This document shows, one piece after another, positions 12,227-24,423 of a DNA stretch of 64,000 bases. This stretch comes from Rhizodiscina lignyota (Eukaryota), in contig ML978126.1 in NCBI GenBank assembly GCA_010015805.1, positions 1,798,001-1,862,000 of the forward strand. Direction: 5' to 3'. The notes beneath the pieces are model-generated. The model was not told the DNA's origin. It ran no database searches and saw nothing but the letters and a program-made list of their open reading frames with translations. Each line of letters starts with the position of its first letter. Position 1 is the stretch's first letter. The position numbers and the translations under genes are program-made.

Positions 12227-14308
12227 ATGGTTGCAACATCAAGATACAACCTTTCTGTATGGAATCCCCGTTTGTGCCCATGCACAGTGAAGCATTGCTA
12301 ATTCTTCAACAGATCGTGCTCTTTGTAGCACTGAGCAGTTTGACATATGGCTATGCCTTCTCCGTTTTCAGTACCTCCATCGGCCAGCCGGGGTTCTACA
12401 AGTATTTCAACCTTAGTACGACCGGACCTCGTGCCTCATACACCAATTCAATTCTTGGAGCCATCAATGCCCTTTTCTCCGCGGGTGCAGCATTCGGAGC
12501 ACTCTCTATCGCGTGGCTTCCTGACTGGCTTGGAAGGAAGTGGACCATCATCATTGCTGGAACAATCAGTCTCATTGGAGGAGTACGCGCGCCTCGCAAA
12601 CCATCTGGTGGTACGCGCTAACAGAGTTCTGTCAGGCTTTGACTACTGGAAGTGTCAATATTCCCATGATCGTAGTGGTGCGTTTCTTGCAAGGAATTGG
12701 TGTCGGCCAGTGCATCACAATCACCCCGATCTATCTCTCCGAAGTCGCTCCACCGCACCGCCGTGGCCTTTTGGCTGGCCAGAATGCAGTCGGACTTGTG
12801 ACTGGCTATTTCCTATCCAGCTGGTAGGCAGCTCATACTACTTGCGATGTACATGCTCTGACGTTGATCTCCAGGGTTGGATATGGCACCTACTTTGCGA
12901 CGAATGAGACATTTGCGTGGAGATTCCCAATATCGCTCTCATGCCTCTTTCCACTCATCTTACTAGTTGGGTCTCCATGGATTCCGGAATCCCCAAGATG
13001 GTGTATGTACTGTGCATTCAGACTCTCACAACATTATTCTGACAAGCCCATAGTGCTGTGGAAGGACCGAGTCGATGAAGCTTGGGCTATCACAGAGCGT
13101 CTGCATCACGATCCAAGTGACTCAACGCAGCTGTTAGCTCGCGAGGAGTTCTTCCAGATGAGATCACAGATCGAATACGATCGGACACAGGACCTTTCAA
13201 TGTGGTACATGTTTAAAAAGCCGTCGCTTCGACGCCGGATTCTTCTCGGATGCGGAGTACTTCTTGGTGGACAAGCCTGCGGACCGCTGGTTATCAACAG
13301 TGCGTGCGTTCCTGCAACCTCTTGATGGTTTACTAATGGATCTTGTAGATTATGGAGTCATCCTGTATCAGGGACTGGGAGTTAGTACCACTGTCGAAGA
13401 AGCGCGAGTTCCTAGCTAACCGGATGCAGATGTCTGGATCACTGCCCCTTCTCATGTACGCCATTTACGTTGTCGTTGGAGCTAGTGTCAACATCATCGC
13501 GGCTTTTATCATGGATAAAGTGGGACGCAGACCGCTCTTTTGTAAGTCAGACTCGCACCCAATCCCTACAATGCATTTTCTGATTAGGCCTCAGTTATCG
13601 GCTTCCTCGGCACAACAGTTGTCATGACTTGCGAAACGGCTTTGGTCGCCACTTACGCGGGAAGCGATAATAAGGGTGGAAATGCAGCAGCAGTATTCTT
13701 TCTGTTTCTTTTTGTGGCCGTGTAAGTTTAGACTCCGCGAATCTGTGTCTGGATTCCCAGATACAGGAGCTTTCTTGACCCCGTGGCTGACATGCGGCAG
13801 GTACGGTCTCTGCGTTGACAACACAGCGTTCGTCTATTGCGCAGAGATCTTCCCAACGATGTACCGAGCCAAGGGAATGGCACTTGGATTGTTCGTGTAT
13901 TATACAGGCTCGATCGCTTTCCTCACCCCAGCTGCCACGGCCATGCAAAATATTGGGTAAGCTCCAAGCACACAATTTTGAAACCACTGTTTGAGGCTGA
14001 CTGTGTAATGCAGATGGAAATTCTACTTGGTGTTCCTCTGCTGCTCATTTGTAGCTTTCGTACTGGCGTACTTCTTCGTTCCAGAGGTGAGTTCCTTTCG
14101 AGACCCGATATTGACATGATTCAGCATAATAATAATGACTTCATCATAGACCGCGCGACTGTCACTGGAAGAGATTAGCGGCCTATTTGGAGATAATGTC
14201 ATTGTTAACCTCACCACTGCCACAGAAGAAGAGAAGAAGAAGATTGACGAAGTGATCGGGGAGAAGTCCGTGACACTCGTGTCTCACAGGGAGCATGCAG
14301 AGGATTGA
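12227..14308 (+). CDS. MFS sugar porter family transporter, about 11 exons
   Basis: DWLGRK, PIYLSEVAPPHRRG, PESPRW, DKVGRR, AEIFPT..RAKG and PE|T motifs; about 10 canonical introns including a 32-nt exon at 13349-13380. Confidence 0.92.
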
Positions 14309-14410
14309 GCAATGCTGGAAAAACTCACAACCAAGGCGGTCCAAACGATATGCCTGTCAGGGTGTCGAAAATCTATTGGGCCGCTTGCGCGCTTCTAAGA
14401 AACAAATCTT

Positions 14411-15832
14411 CTAAATGACACTTCCCTTCAAGAACTTTCCTCTCCCGTATTGTATTGGCCACTGCACCTCGACGCCCAATCTCCACGCAACTCGCAAGAC
14501 CCACTCCGGTTCTCTCATGAATTGCCGTGCTACCAAGATGACATCTGCGACCGAATCATCGCCTTGAACAAGATCCCTTGCCTGTTCCGCCTCCGCTTTC
14601 GTAGATCCCTCGAAATTGACGTCTCCATTCGTGCCTGGCTCCGCAATGTACTGGCCTTTCTGCAATTGTACGATGTCACGCGCCTGCTCCGCACCAGTGA
14701 TCATACCCACTGCTCCAATAAGGAGCGGAAGGCTGGCTTGCTTGAGCTCTTTACGGATCTGGCCTGCAATTTCGATCTGGTACGTCAGATGCGGCTGGAT
14801 GCGCTGGTGCTCGTGATTTCCACCGCTACTAACGTCGAGCAGGTCGACGCCCAGAGACGGAAGCTGCTTTGCGAACTGGATTGACTGAGCGACGTCCCAT
14901 GAGCCGAGCGTCTTTGCTTCTTCTGACTCGTCCATCCACTCGGTGGAAGTGATCCGATAGAACAGGGGCATGTCTGCTGGGATGACTTCGCGGACTGCTT
15001 TGATGACTTCTACGCAGATCCTAGTACGGTTCTCAAAAGAGCCGCCATACTTGTCTGTTCGCTGATTCGAGATCGGCGAATTGAAGCTGCACAGTAGATA
15101 CCCTGATTATTTTTAATTAGCAATTGCACTTTCAGAAGTTAATGATATGTTTAGCTTACCGTGAGCCCCATGAATCTCAATAACATCAACCCCAGCAGCG
15201 ACCGCTCTCTTAGCAGCATCGGCAAAAGCCTTCACAATTCCCTTAATACCCTCCTCGCTCAGCTCATTCGGCTTAGCATAACCCTCACTACTCCACGCAA
15301 TCGGGCTCGGTCCAACCACACCATTTGGCCAACCATGCACATCCTCACCAGCAACGATGCTCTTGCCACGCTCTCTGCCCAACCACGGCGCGACAGTGCT
15401 CGCCTTGCGGCCCGCGTGAGCCAACTGAATGCCCAGCTTGCTGCCCGCGGCATGCACCTGATCGGCAACCTTTCGGATGCCCTCGATCTGCTCGTCCTGC
15501 CAGATACCAGAATCATTTGGCGAGATGCGGCCCTCTGGCGACACGGCAGACGCTTCAATGAAGACCAACGACGAGCCCTTGATCGCGTAGTGCCCGAGTG
15601 TCGCGATGTGGAACGAGGTTAGAGCTCCAATCTGGGGTCCGCTGGGCGCGCAGCTGTAGCTACACATGGGCGCCACGAAGATGCGGTTCTGGTACGTCTG
15701 CCCGCGGATTGTGATGGGCTTGAAGAGCGTGGGCGTCGAGCTGGAGAGCTGCAGCGCCGAACCTGGGGGTTGGGGCACTGAAGGGTAGAAGAATGGGATG
15801 TTTGGGACGGGCTCATTGCGAGGAGACGCCAT
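14411..15832 (-). CDS. NADH:flavin oxidoreductase / Old Yellow Enzyme (YqjM/NamA-like), intron 15103-15159
   Basis: NRIFVAPMC, IQLAHAGRKAS, EIHGAHG|YL, N.RTDKYGGSFENR, DVSSGG motifs. Confidence 0.93.
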
Positions 15833-16729
15833 CTTGACTGTTCTACTGTAGAGGAAATGGGGAATTGGAACTGGAGTCTAGTCTATACGCAATTGAAAGA
15901 GAGTCGGAGTGTACGCCGCAGAAAAGTATTTAATGTCACAGAGTTTCATGTAGTTGTATTAGAAATTCCAATGTACTATTTCCCACTATTTCCCGATTGC
16001 GGAGATAGCAGAGATGCCACGGATGGTGCAATCGGAGGCAAAAGTAGCTGTTCGCTCGGGATCTCCGACGCCGCGGAAATTTATCCACCGTTTAATACTA
16101 ATCATGGTCAATTCAAAACAGAGAGGTCTTGGTGATAAAGCTCGCAAGAAATCGTGGGCTTCGATATGGGAGTGTAGGTGCTTACAGAGTTCTCTCACAA
16201 AGTGGGTGCGGCGTCGTTTATTAATGGCGGTGTCACCAGCGCTACGGAGAACGTGTGCAAGACCGAAAATCCGAAAGAGTGGGGACCACCGTGTCAGAGA
16301 CTCATAAATAGGCCTTCTATTTTTGCCGTCTAGAAATCTATCATGAAGGATGGTACCTAATTCGGACTGTATGGAGAACCATAACTCCGACCGATGCCCA
16401 CTAACGCATTTGGTTGTGAGTACTCCATCCTGCCTTTCTTCAACTGAATTCAAACACAATTGCCTCCATTACGGATGCCAGTGTCCGCTGTGTGTGTGCT
16501 GAGGGTCTCCCAATATCCTCGATGAGCCAAAGCCCATTCGTCCTCATAGACATTGAGAATAATCCTCGAAGCCGCCCGTATAGCTCGAAGCGTCTTTGCG
16601 GAAGCTGGATCAAGGTTGATCACCATTTTCCGCACGCGCTATCATGGCCCTGTCCACACGGCCAAACCATTGAGCTCAATATGCTCTTCCAACTCGTCAA
16701 TTCCCGTCAGCGCCACAAAGACGTCTCAT

Positions 16730-18400
16730 TCAAGGCCCCAAATCCTTCTTGAATTCAACATGCAACAAAGATTCATCCTCATCAGCAGAGTCATCGTCCA
16801 TGTCAGAATCCGTAGAATCATCCGCAGCCGCTGTCGTCGTCTCGCTATCGAGCCAAGCCTGTGTGGCAAAGCCTTGCGTATCGAGATCGATATTCTCGCA
16901 AATCTCCTCCGCGACGCTCGGCGGTACTGTATCGTCGACACCAAAGCCCTCTCCTTCAGCCAGCCACCACGTGACGAGGTGACCGATAATTGCAATGCCT
17001 GCGAGCAGCCACCAAGCAATAACGACGTATCCAATGTCGACGCCCCAGGTGAATGTGCGGCCGACGACGTAGGGGCCGATGGCGCGACCAATTGCGGAGA
17101 GAGAAGTGCCCACACCGTTTAGCGTGCCGAGAATACGAACGCTGTTCGCGGAGTTCGTGAGTAAGATGGTGTTGCATGGGAATGCAAAGACGTCGGCAAG
17201 TGCCTTGAAGAGCAAAACGCCAAGCACTGCGCCCTGCTGGGTGAGGGGAGTAGGCATGAGCACCGTGAACGGAGTGATGAAGTATGTAATGGGGAAGAGG
17301 AAGGTGCAGGCTCGATAGCAATTTAGCACACCGAAGCGCTGGCTCACGTAGGGAAATAGGGTGAATTGGCAGAGCATGGAGAAGACGCCGAAGAGTGTGA
17401 AGATCAGCCCGATACGGCCTGACTCAAGCCCAAACCCACCACCAAACTTGAATGGGAGCTCGACATCATCGCGCTTGGTCGGAAGATGTAAGAAGACGGG
17501 AAGGAGTTGGTTGTATGTGACTCCATGCATGCCAAGGAAGAAGTAGGCGAGGAGGTTGAGGTTCGCCTGGCGGGAAAAGACATCGCGATATCTCGGTGGG
17601 GCGTGGTGGTGATGGTGATGTTTCGAATTTGGCAGGGCCGACTCAAAGTCGTCTGCCGGTCTGAGTCCTTTTCTGCCCTTTGTGCACGGCCGTGTCAACC
17701 AGGCACCGACCATGCGGCCGTAGTCCTTACGATCTTTCTTCGTCTCGAGTGACTCCTTCAGAAACAGGATACCAATGATTAGACCAATGGTGAAGACAAC
17801 ACCGGAAACCAAATTTGGTAGCGCATAAGGGAAGGTCTTTAAGAATTTACTCTTGCCAAATATGTGTGGCAGCTTTTGTGCTGGGTCGGCGAGAGCACCT
17901 CCCAATATGGGACCAACGATACTACCAACTTGCCATACAAGAGGAAGTGTCGCGAACGCCTTGGGCTGGAGAGACCTCTGCGGTACCATCTCTGCAACGG
18001 TGGTCCTGAGAATGCCCACATTCCCGTTGCTAGCGCCCGACGCCGCTCTCGCAATAATTGCCCACGTCAAACTCCTTGAGAAGCCAAACAGCATACTCGA
18101 GACCATGGCGCAAGTCATTGCCAGTATAATGATAGGTTTTCGTCCATACTTGTCAGATGCTCTTCCCCATGGGATGGCGGTGATACATTGACTGATGGAA
18201 AAGATGGCGGAGGCTATGCCGGCCCATTGAGCAACCTTAGCCTTGGGGACATCGAAGGATTCGATCATCTCCGGGAGGTATGGGAACACTCCGGTGAGGG
18301 CGACTGGCTCTGCAAATCGACATATTGAAAGGATAGTAAGTTGTGCTGATGGTAGTTTGTGCTGCTGCTTCGGCAAATGCGATGGAGAAGAGTTAACCAT
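16730..18400 (-). CDS. MFS transporter, drug/H+ antiporter-like (YCR023C/ZIFL-like), 556 aa
   Basis: WGRASDKYGRK motif A, SGASNGNVG, GPILGG, 12 hydrophobic segments, acidic tail. Confidence 0.88.
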   Translation of the reverse strand: MVNSSPSHLPKQQHKLPSAQLTILSICRFAEPVALTGVFPYLPEMIESFDVPKAKVAQWAGIASAIFSISQCITAIPWGRASDKYGRKPIIILAMTCAMVSSMLFGFSRSLTWAIIARAASGASNGNVGILRTTVAEMVPQRSLQPKAFATLPLVWQVGSIVGPILGGALADPAQKLPHIFGKSKFLKTFPYALPNLVSGVVFTIGLIIGILFLKESLETKKDRKDYGRMVGAWLTRPCTKGRKGLRPADDFESALPNSKHHHHHHAPPRYRDVFSRQANLNLLAYFFLGMHGVTYNQLLPVFLHLPTKRDDVELPFKFGGGFGLESGRIGLIFTLFGVFSMLCQFTLFPYVSQRFGVLNCYRACTFLFPITYFITPFTVLMPTPLTQQGAVLGVLLFKALADVFAFPCNTILLTNSANSVRILGTLNGVGTSLSAIGRAIGPYVVGRTFTWGVDIGYVVIAWWLLAGIAIIGHLVTWWLAEGEGFGVDDTVPPSVAEEICENIDLDTQGFATQAWLDSETTTAAADDSTDSDMDDDSADEDESLLHVEFKKDLGP

Positions 18401-19748
18401 GCTGATTCATGCTTGTATCGAATGACGCCCGGACGATGCGGAAAGGCTATACTATGCGCAAACTGATATCCAGAAAGGACTGCTGTGAATGCAGGGTAAT
18501 AGGGAAGTATTGCACAGTGTTGAAACGGGAGAAAAGGGCTGGACAAGCAAACCCAATTGCAATATGGAGTCAGAAGCAAGAGTAGCGAAAGAGATGCGGG
18601 GTATTGGATACTTATTCAGATGGATCATAGCCCTTGTCTTTTCCGCCTTTCTGCAGAAGATGCCTCGAACGGGCTCGACGGCAAAGACGGCTATGCTTCC
18701 CACTTGTCCACCACACCAACAGCGGCCTAGCCATGCAGCCTGCACGTGCTGAGATCGAATCGAAATCTCTTCATGACCAAATTCTGACACCGTCTGCTCA
18801 CTATCTCTCATCACAATATCGCAGGGAAAAACCAAGGAAAGAAAGGCGAAATAGAGGGCTGTGGCGAAGTTCCCGGGCGGGGATGTGCGGTCGGATGAGT
18901 CGGAATGATGCGATAAGTATTTGAGAGAACGCACGAGAGGCCAAGGCGGCGGCGGCCAGCATACCGCTCGAGAGGAACAGCTGAAGTTGCATGCAGGATG
19001 CATCGAGGCACTCCATGTCATTGGAGAGGAGGCTGAAAAGCTCTTCAACACTCAAGGATGCTCGTCTGCAGCGGTTCGCCATCCAGCCTCCAACAAACGT
19101 CGATGCGAACTCGGAGGAAGCAGGACGTCTTGCTGACTGACAACGACCCACCCGTCTGGTGTCTGCGCGTTTCGTTTATACTCGAGATAGCGGTTTGACC
19201 GCTATAACATCTATAACAATGATGAGCGTCTCGCAGAGAACGATTCTACAGCTCGCGACGTCGAAGTAAGCTTGCACGATCGACGGGAGGGAGTTCGTGA
19301 ATCCCGTCGCACTGGAAGTTTGTGAATGGGTCATGCACCTCAGCTTATTACTTTATCTCAGGGTTAGGGGTAAGGACGATCAGGTACAATCATATGACAA
19401 TAGCCAGAGCATCTCGTGCCTTTTCCCGTCCAATCTGTCTCTATTCTTTCTTTCAAACGCACAAATTAGTATCCTGATGTGGCAATAAATGCAGAATCTC
19501 ATCCTTCGAGGCGGAGAAAATGCTCAGTCAGCATATTGGGCAAGGAAAGAGCGTTCATCGAAGCAACACAATATGCGGAGAACGCAGGGAATACACCAGC
19601 TTGAAGGTATATAAGAGATGCGTAATTGCTACAAATCTTAAGCTAGATTTGGATCTGTAGACTTTGTATATAGCAAAGATTCAACACCCCGAATCTGGAG
19701 GTCTCGTCGGAATACCACTCGATATAAACCGTCCTCCTTGCCAAAGCT

Positions 19749-20135
19749 ATGAAGCTCTACTTCTACTCCATCTTCCCTCTGTTCACGACCCTCGCAACCG
19801 CGCTCTCCCTCCGTCAAGCTGCCCCGATCGGCTGCCAAACCTGTACAGCAGGCGCTGACCCGACGACCTGCCATCCCTCGACATCATGCGTGTCCCTAGG
19901 CGGCTTCCACACCGGCAACGGCCCCATCCCGGCATACTGTGCCTGTGCGGCGGGCTACAAGGCCGATCCGATGGTGGTTGGCGCTGATCCGGCAGCGCAA
20001 TGGCGACTCCCGTGGGCTGGGCAGGAGGGAAGGGTGTTTGTGCGGCCGGGCACGCCGTGTACGGTGCTATGTGAGGAGTGGTATTTGGGCGAGCAGGGAT
20101 GTTCGGAGGTTCCGGAATATGCGAATTGTATGTGA
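19749..20135 (+). CDS. Small secreted protein with 10 Cys, 128 aa
   Basis: Signal peptide, LSLR pro-site, YCAC..GYKA and QWRLPW.GQEGRVFV blocks; TATATAA near 19608. Confidence 0.85.
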   Translation: MKLYFYSIFPLFTTLATALSLRQAAPIGCQTCTAGADPTTCHPSTSCVSLGGFHTGNGPIPAYCACAAGYKADPMVVGADPAAQWRLPWAGQEGRVFVRPGTPCTVLCEEWYLGEQGCSEVPEYANCM

Positions 20136-20359
20136 TCAGTTAGGGTGGATTATTGTTTAGGCGTGGTGATGCGGTAGCTCTGGCGAAGCATTTGGATGCT
20201 GAGAGGATTCGTTCGAAATGGCGTGGTAATGCCGCCGTCTGTTTCTCAAAATAATGTGATCGATCTCGATCTTGTGGGTGAATACAAAGAATCCCAGTGT
20301 GCGTCGAATTCGCAATTCTTCCGGAACTGAAATGCCTTGCTCTTGCGATTCGTTCTCAT

Positions 20360-21420
20360 TCAAGCCGCCATCACATTCCTGTACCTTGCTTCAATCTCGC
20401 CCATCCACTCTAGCTCCAACTCTCCAACCGCTTTCACCAACACCTCGAAGAACCTCTCCCGCACAATCCATCCGCCAGCCGCATCCCGAACATGCCGTCC
20501 GGAGCCCCAGCCGAATGGTAGCACGAGCCTTCTCCGACCTTGGCGATCAAGGAGGACGATAGCGTCGAGAGCTTCGCGGCCACCACCCAAAGGGTGGAGT
20601 AGACCGAGGCGGGTGAATGTACGGGATGGGTTGGCTGGGTTGATTGTAGTGAATGGAAATGTAGTTAGATGGGAGCCGGGGAAATCGCATGGGAGAGTTC
20701 CACCATTGGTTTCCATTCGATCCGAGCGAGGACTGGGCCATGGATTGGGTTGCGAACTGGCGATGACAAAGGCCTGGAGACCTGGAGATATGGCTTTGAG
20801 AGAGGGGAAAGTGGATCTGAGCATCGTTTAGAAGATAGCTTATAGAGCGTTAAGATTCATCGGACATCAATTTCGTAGAGTTATCAAGAAACAGGGAAAA
20901 GACGGGGCCAAGTAGCGAGCTGTCGAGAAGCGACGAATAGAATCATGAGCTACAGTTCCACAAATAAGATGAGAGAAAAGCGAAAATCATTGACCATCTG
21001 AAAAGGGGTCTTAGAGAACGGAATCCTGCAAATATTCAAACGGGTAATATATGCCTACGCCCCTACCACATGCTCCAAAGAAGAAGAAAGAATAGGAAAG
21101 TAGACCACTCACCGCACAACATCAACCACCACCTTCATCCCCAACTCCCCCACACAGAGCACCACCAATCCATTCCCATTCTCTCCCTCCCCTTCTAGCA
21201 ATTGCCTCAAATCCAACTGCCACGCCTCGTCCCTCGGAATCACGCCCAGCGTGTCCAACTCGCTCGTGACCCGTGCACGCGTTGCAGCATGCGCGTCCGC
21301 CTCACCTCCGCCGTTCCTATACTCTGCGCCTGCGAATGCATCAGGCCCTTCGCAAGGCGGGGAAGATGAGGCAGCGCGTTTGCGGCCGCGGGGGAGGGGA
21401 GGAAGAGGGTCGATGTCCAT
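20360..21420 (-). CDS. Hypothetical multi-exon gene; internal splicing unresolved
   Basis: MDIDPLPP... exon ends at a GTGAGT donor near 21111; ORF 20360-20824 is a plausible last exon. Confidence 0.45.
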
Positions 21421-21874
21421 GAGTTTGGGGAAGAGAGGAGTGGAAGATGTGATGCACTCAACTACGGGAAGTCCGACTGTCCGGTGAGATTTTGAGTGCA
21501 CGGTCGCCGTCTGCGGAGGCGGCTACATATCAATTATTCAATTTCCCTGGGGGCTTTAAAGCACTTCGAATGCTGTTTTGGAGTAATAGATAAACATCAC
21601 AAGACCTCATCCCATTTGATTCGATTGTGAAATGCATTCTATTAAGGATCCTGAAATCCGAACCAGCCAAGTAAAGTGCAAAAACACCTCTAAGTTATCT
21701 TCTATCGACGCAGAAAAATCCAACGCACACTCCCAAACTTTTGATTACTCGTCGAGTTTCTTGCATGACGCATCTATTCTTTAAAGGCCGTATCTTTGAA
21801 TTACCAACGCATCCCTCCCTGCAGTCGTCATTTTGACAAAAGAAAACCCGTCCTCTCCGTAAGCGTCGACGTAT

Positions 21875-23281
21875 CTACTGTGCAAGGAGCGCCTTCGCGC
21901 CCGGCTCGCTGCACACATACACCACATCATGCGCATCCGTGAAACCATTGAACCGTGTAGCACTGCACTTCGTGTACGCGCCCATGTCCTCAAAGTACAG
22001 CCAGTCGCCGACTTCCAGGGCCTCAGAGGCGGTCCATTTCTCCGCGATGCAGTCGATGCCGTCGCACGTCGGGCCCCAGACGGAGTATTCAGTGACACCG
22101 CCTGCCCTAGCGGCGTCGAATTCGCACCCGTCCTGATTCTCTGCGGAATCGTAGAGGAAACGATCGCCGGACTTGAGAATTCGTGGCACGGGGTGCTGAT
22201 GATCGAACATGATGCTGCTAAAGTTGCCGTACACGCCGTCGTTCAGGTAGAGCATGTAGCTCTGCGTGCAGAGCACTGGGTCGACTATGGAGCGGCGCGC
22301 GATCACATGGCAGGCGATGTTGAAGGCGCTGGACACATAGTAGCGGCCAGGCTCACCGATGATGCGCACCGAAGACGGGAAGTTCGCGTCCAAGGCGGAT
22401 GAGAGGACGGCAGCCATGTTTTCGAACGATTCGGAGACGAAGCCGCCGCCAACGTCGAGGGTATGCAGATTGAAGCCGATTTCTGCAGCTTGGTCAAAGA
22501 CGAAGCGGGCGTCTTGGACAGCCTTGAGAAAGGCCTCAGGGTCGGAGGCGCCGGATCCAACGTGGAAGGCCACACCAACGACATTGAGTCCAAGGTCCTT
22601 TGCGAGCTGCAGCAGATCTCCGGTATCATTGAGAGACGCGCCGAACTTCAAGCTCAAGCGGCACAAGCTCGCCGAATCATCCGTGAGGATACGAAGGAAG
22701 AGCTCTGCGTCTGGATACAGCTGCTTCGTCTTGTAGAGCTCATCCGCATTATCAAACGTCATCTGCTTGACGTCGTGCTGACTGGCATAGCGGACGTGAG
22801 ACTTGGTCTTGCAGGGCTGGGCATAAATAATCCGGTGGGGCTCAACGCCGAGCTTGAGCACTTGCTCGATCTCCGCCTTGGAAGCGCAGTCAAAACCGGT
22901 GCCAAGAGCGGCGAGGAGGCGGACGACTTGGGCATCAGGGTTGCATTTGACCGCTGAAGAAATATTAGCAAGGGAGAACTAAGAAATCAAGGATTGAGGC
23001 AACCCACCATAATATGGCTTAATGCGTGGAAGATTCAGCTTCCAGCGCAGATGCTGGCGGTAAACAGAGCCCAGATCAGCCACGAAAAAGGCATCTTCCT
23101 CGCCCACTTCGCAGGTGTCTCCATCCACGCCGTCTACGCGTTGCTTGAACGCTTGTCCAATAATCTCCTTTGCATGCTCTACGCCATTTCCGTAATTATT
23201 ATGAAGATCGCCGCCGTAGTGGCTCGTCAACGAGAGTTGTGCATAATCTTCGGTCGTAGTAGCGATAGCCGATGGTGCCAT
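21875..23281 (-). CDS. SPE1: Ornithine decarboxylase, intron 22954-23007
   Basis: PYY|AVKCN (PLP lysine) across the splice, FDCAS, SLKFGA, FHVGSG, DVGGGF, EPGRY, WGPTCD, MGAYT...FNGF. Confidence 0.97.
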
Positions 23282-23353
23282 GCCCAAGCTCAGAGCGCTT
23301 GGTGTATGTGCCCTGAGATAGTGAAAAGTATAATGCGTAATTATATGCTCCTG

Positions 23354-23614
23354 TTAGGGAGGTCGGAACGGCTCGTAGCCGATGCTGATTTGTGGGCGAG
23401 GCCTCGACGAGTCCCCCTCGTAGAGAGGAAGAACCCCAAAGACCGTCCTATGCGGCAGCTGAGCTTGAGACGTACCGTGAGGTGAGCTTGGTGGAGGAGA
23501 CAGCAGCTTGTGGACTTCGGAATGCGTGTTAGGAGCCAGCAGTCGGGGGTGGCTGGATGTTGAAAGTCCCGCGAGAAGGTCGGATGGTGACAATGTGGGA
23601 AGAGTGGAAAGCAA
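23354..23614 (-). promoter_or_regulatory. Non-AUG (UUG) upstream ORF in the ODC leader, ending ...GYEPFRPP-stop
   Basis: No minus-strand ATG between 23282 and 23704; open frame of 86 codons ends 72 nt before the ODC ATG; non-AUG uORFs are established for ODC homologues. Confidence 0.7.
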
Positions 23615-24423
23615 GGGCGGATGCCGTGATGATGATGTAGCCTTTGCTCAGACAAAGGCGCTGTAGTGAAGCACTGATACGATGTCAGTGAGGCTGTGTT
23701 TGTGCATGTAGTGGAGGGAGAAAAGTTTTTGTTGTGGTGTTGACGAGAGATGGAGGGGCTAAAATTGTGGATGTAAGGCAATAGTGTGCCGGATACTGAC
23801 CGACCTTCCCTTACGTTATTGCCGTGGATCGATCGCACACCCTTTAACCTCGCATGCAGCAATAAGGCATCAATTGGACGCGGGCAGAGGGCGAAGCGAA
23901 AGGGGGAGTGTGCGCTGCAACTTGGCTGCTGAACTGCTGGCCTTGCGCGATTTTCACGGCGAAAAATTGGACGCGGCGGTGTTTCACGCTGGCCTTTGCT
24001 TGTGAAAAATGCAGGTACAAGGATCCCCACCGAAGCAGCGAGACGTCATTGTCACACAACAGCGGGATCTTTGCATGTAGCCGTGGGATATCTATCCTCT
24101 CAGCCCAATATATGGCAGCTGTGGCAGTGCTGCTCAATATTGCACTGCTCGCTCGCACAGTGTGACTCGGGTCTTGTGTGCGCGCTCAGCCTCGGCTTAT
24201 TGATACACAGCGCGATGACTGTTCAGCTACGCCAGAGTACAGGCGGCAGACTGTGTCGAATTGCCGGTGTCCTTGCAAGTCCTATGTGCCGTTTAGGAAT
24301 AAATGTACAGACGAGCCAGTCGTTATCGTCGCATCCCCGCCAAAACAGAAGCCTCCCATTGCAGACACGCCATTTACCCTTCACCCTTTACCGCCATTCC
24401 CGACGCTCCGTCCAATGAGTCGA

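Noticed and set aside
17600..17625. His6 run in the MFS central loop
   Set aside because: Common low-complexity loop with mixed codons; no vector context and no other sign of metal transport
23341..24030. 229-aa ORF upstream of ODC
   Set aside because: GTG start, spans promoter sequence, no protein-like composition; the PP-stop frame explains the leader better
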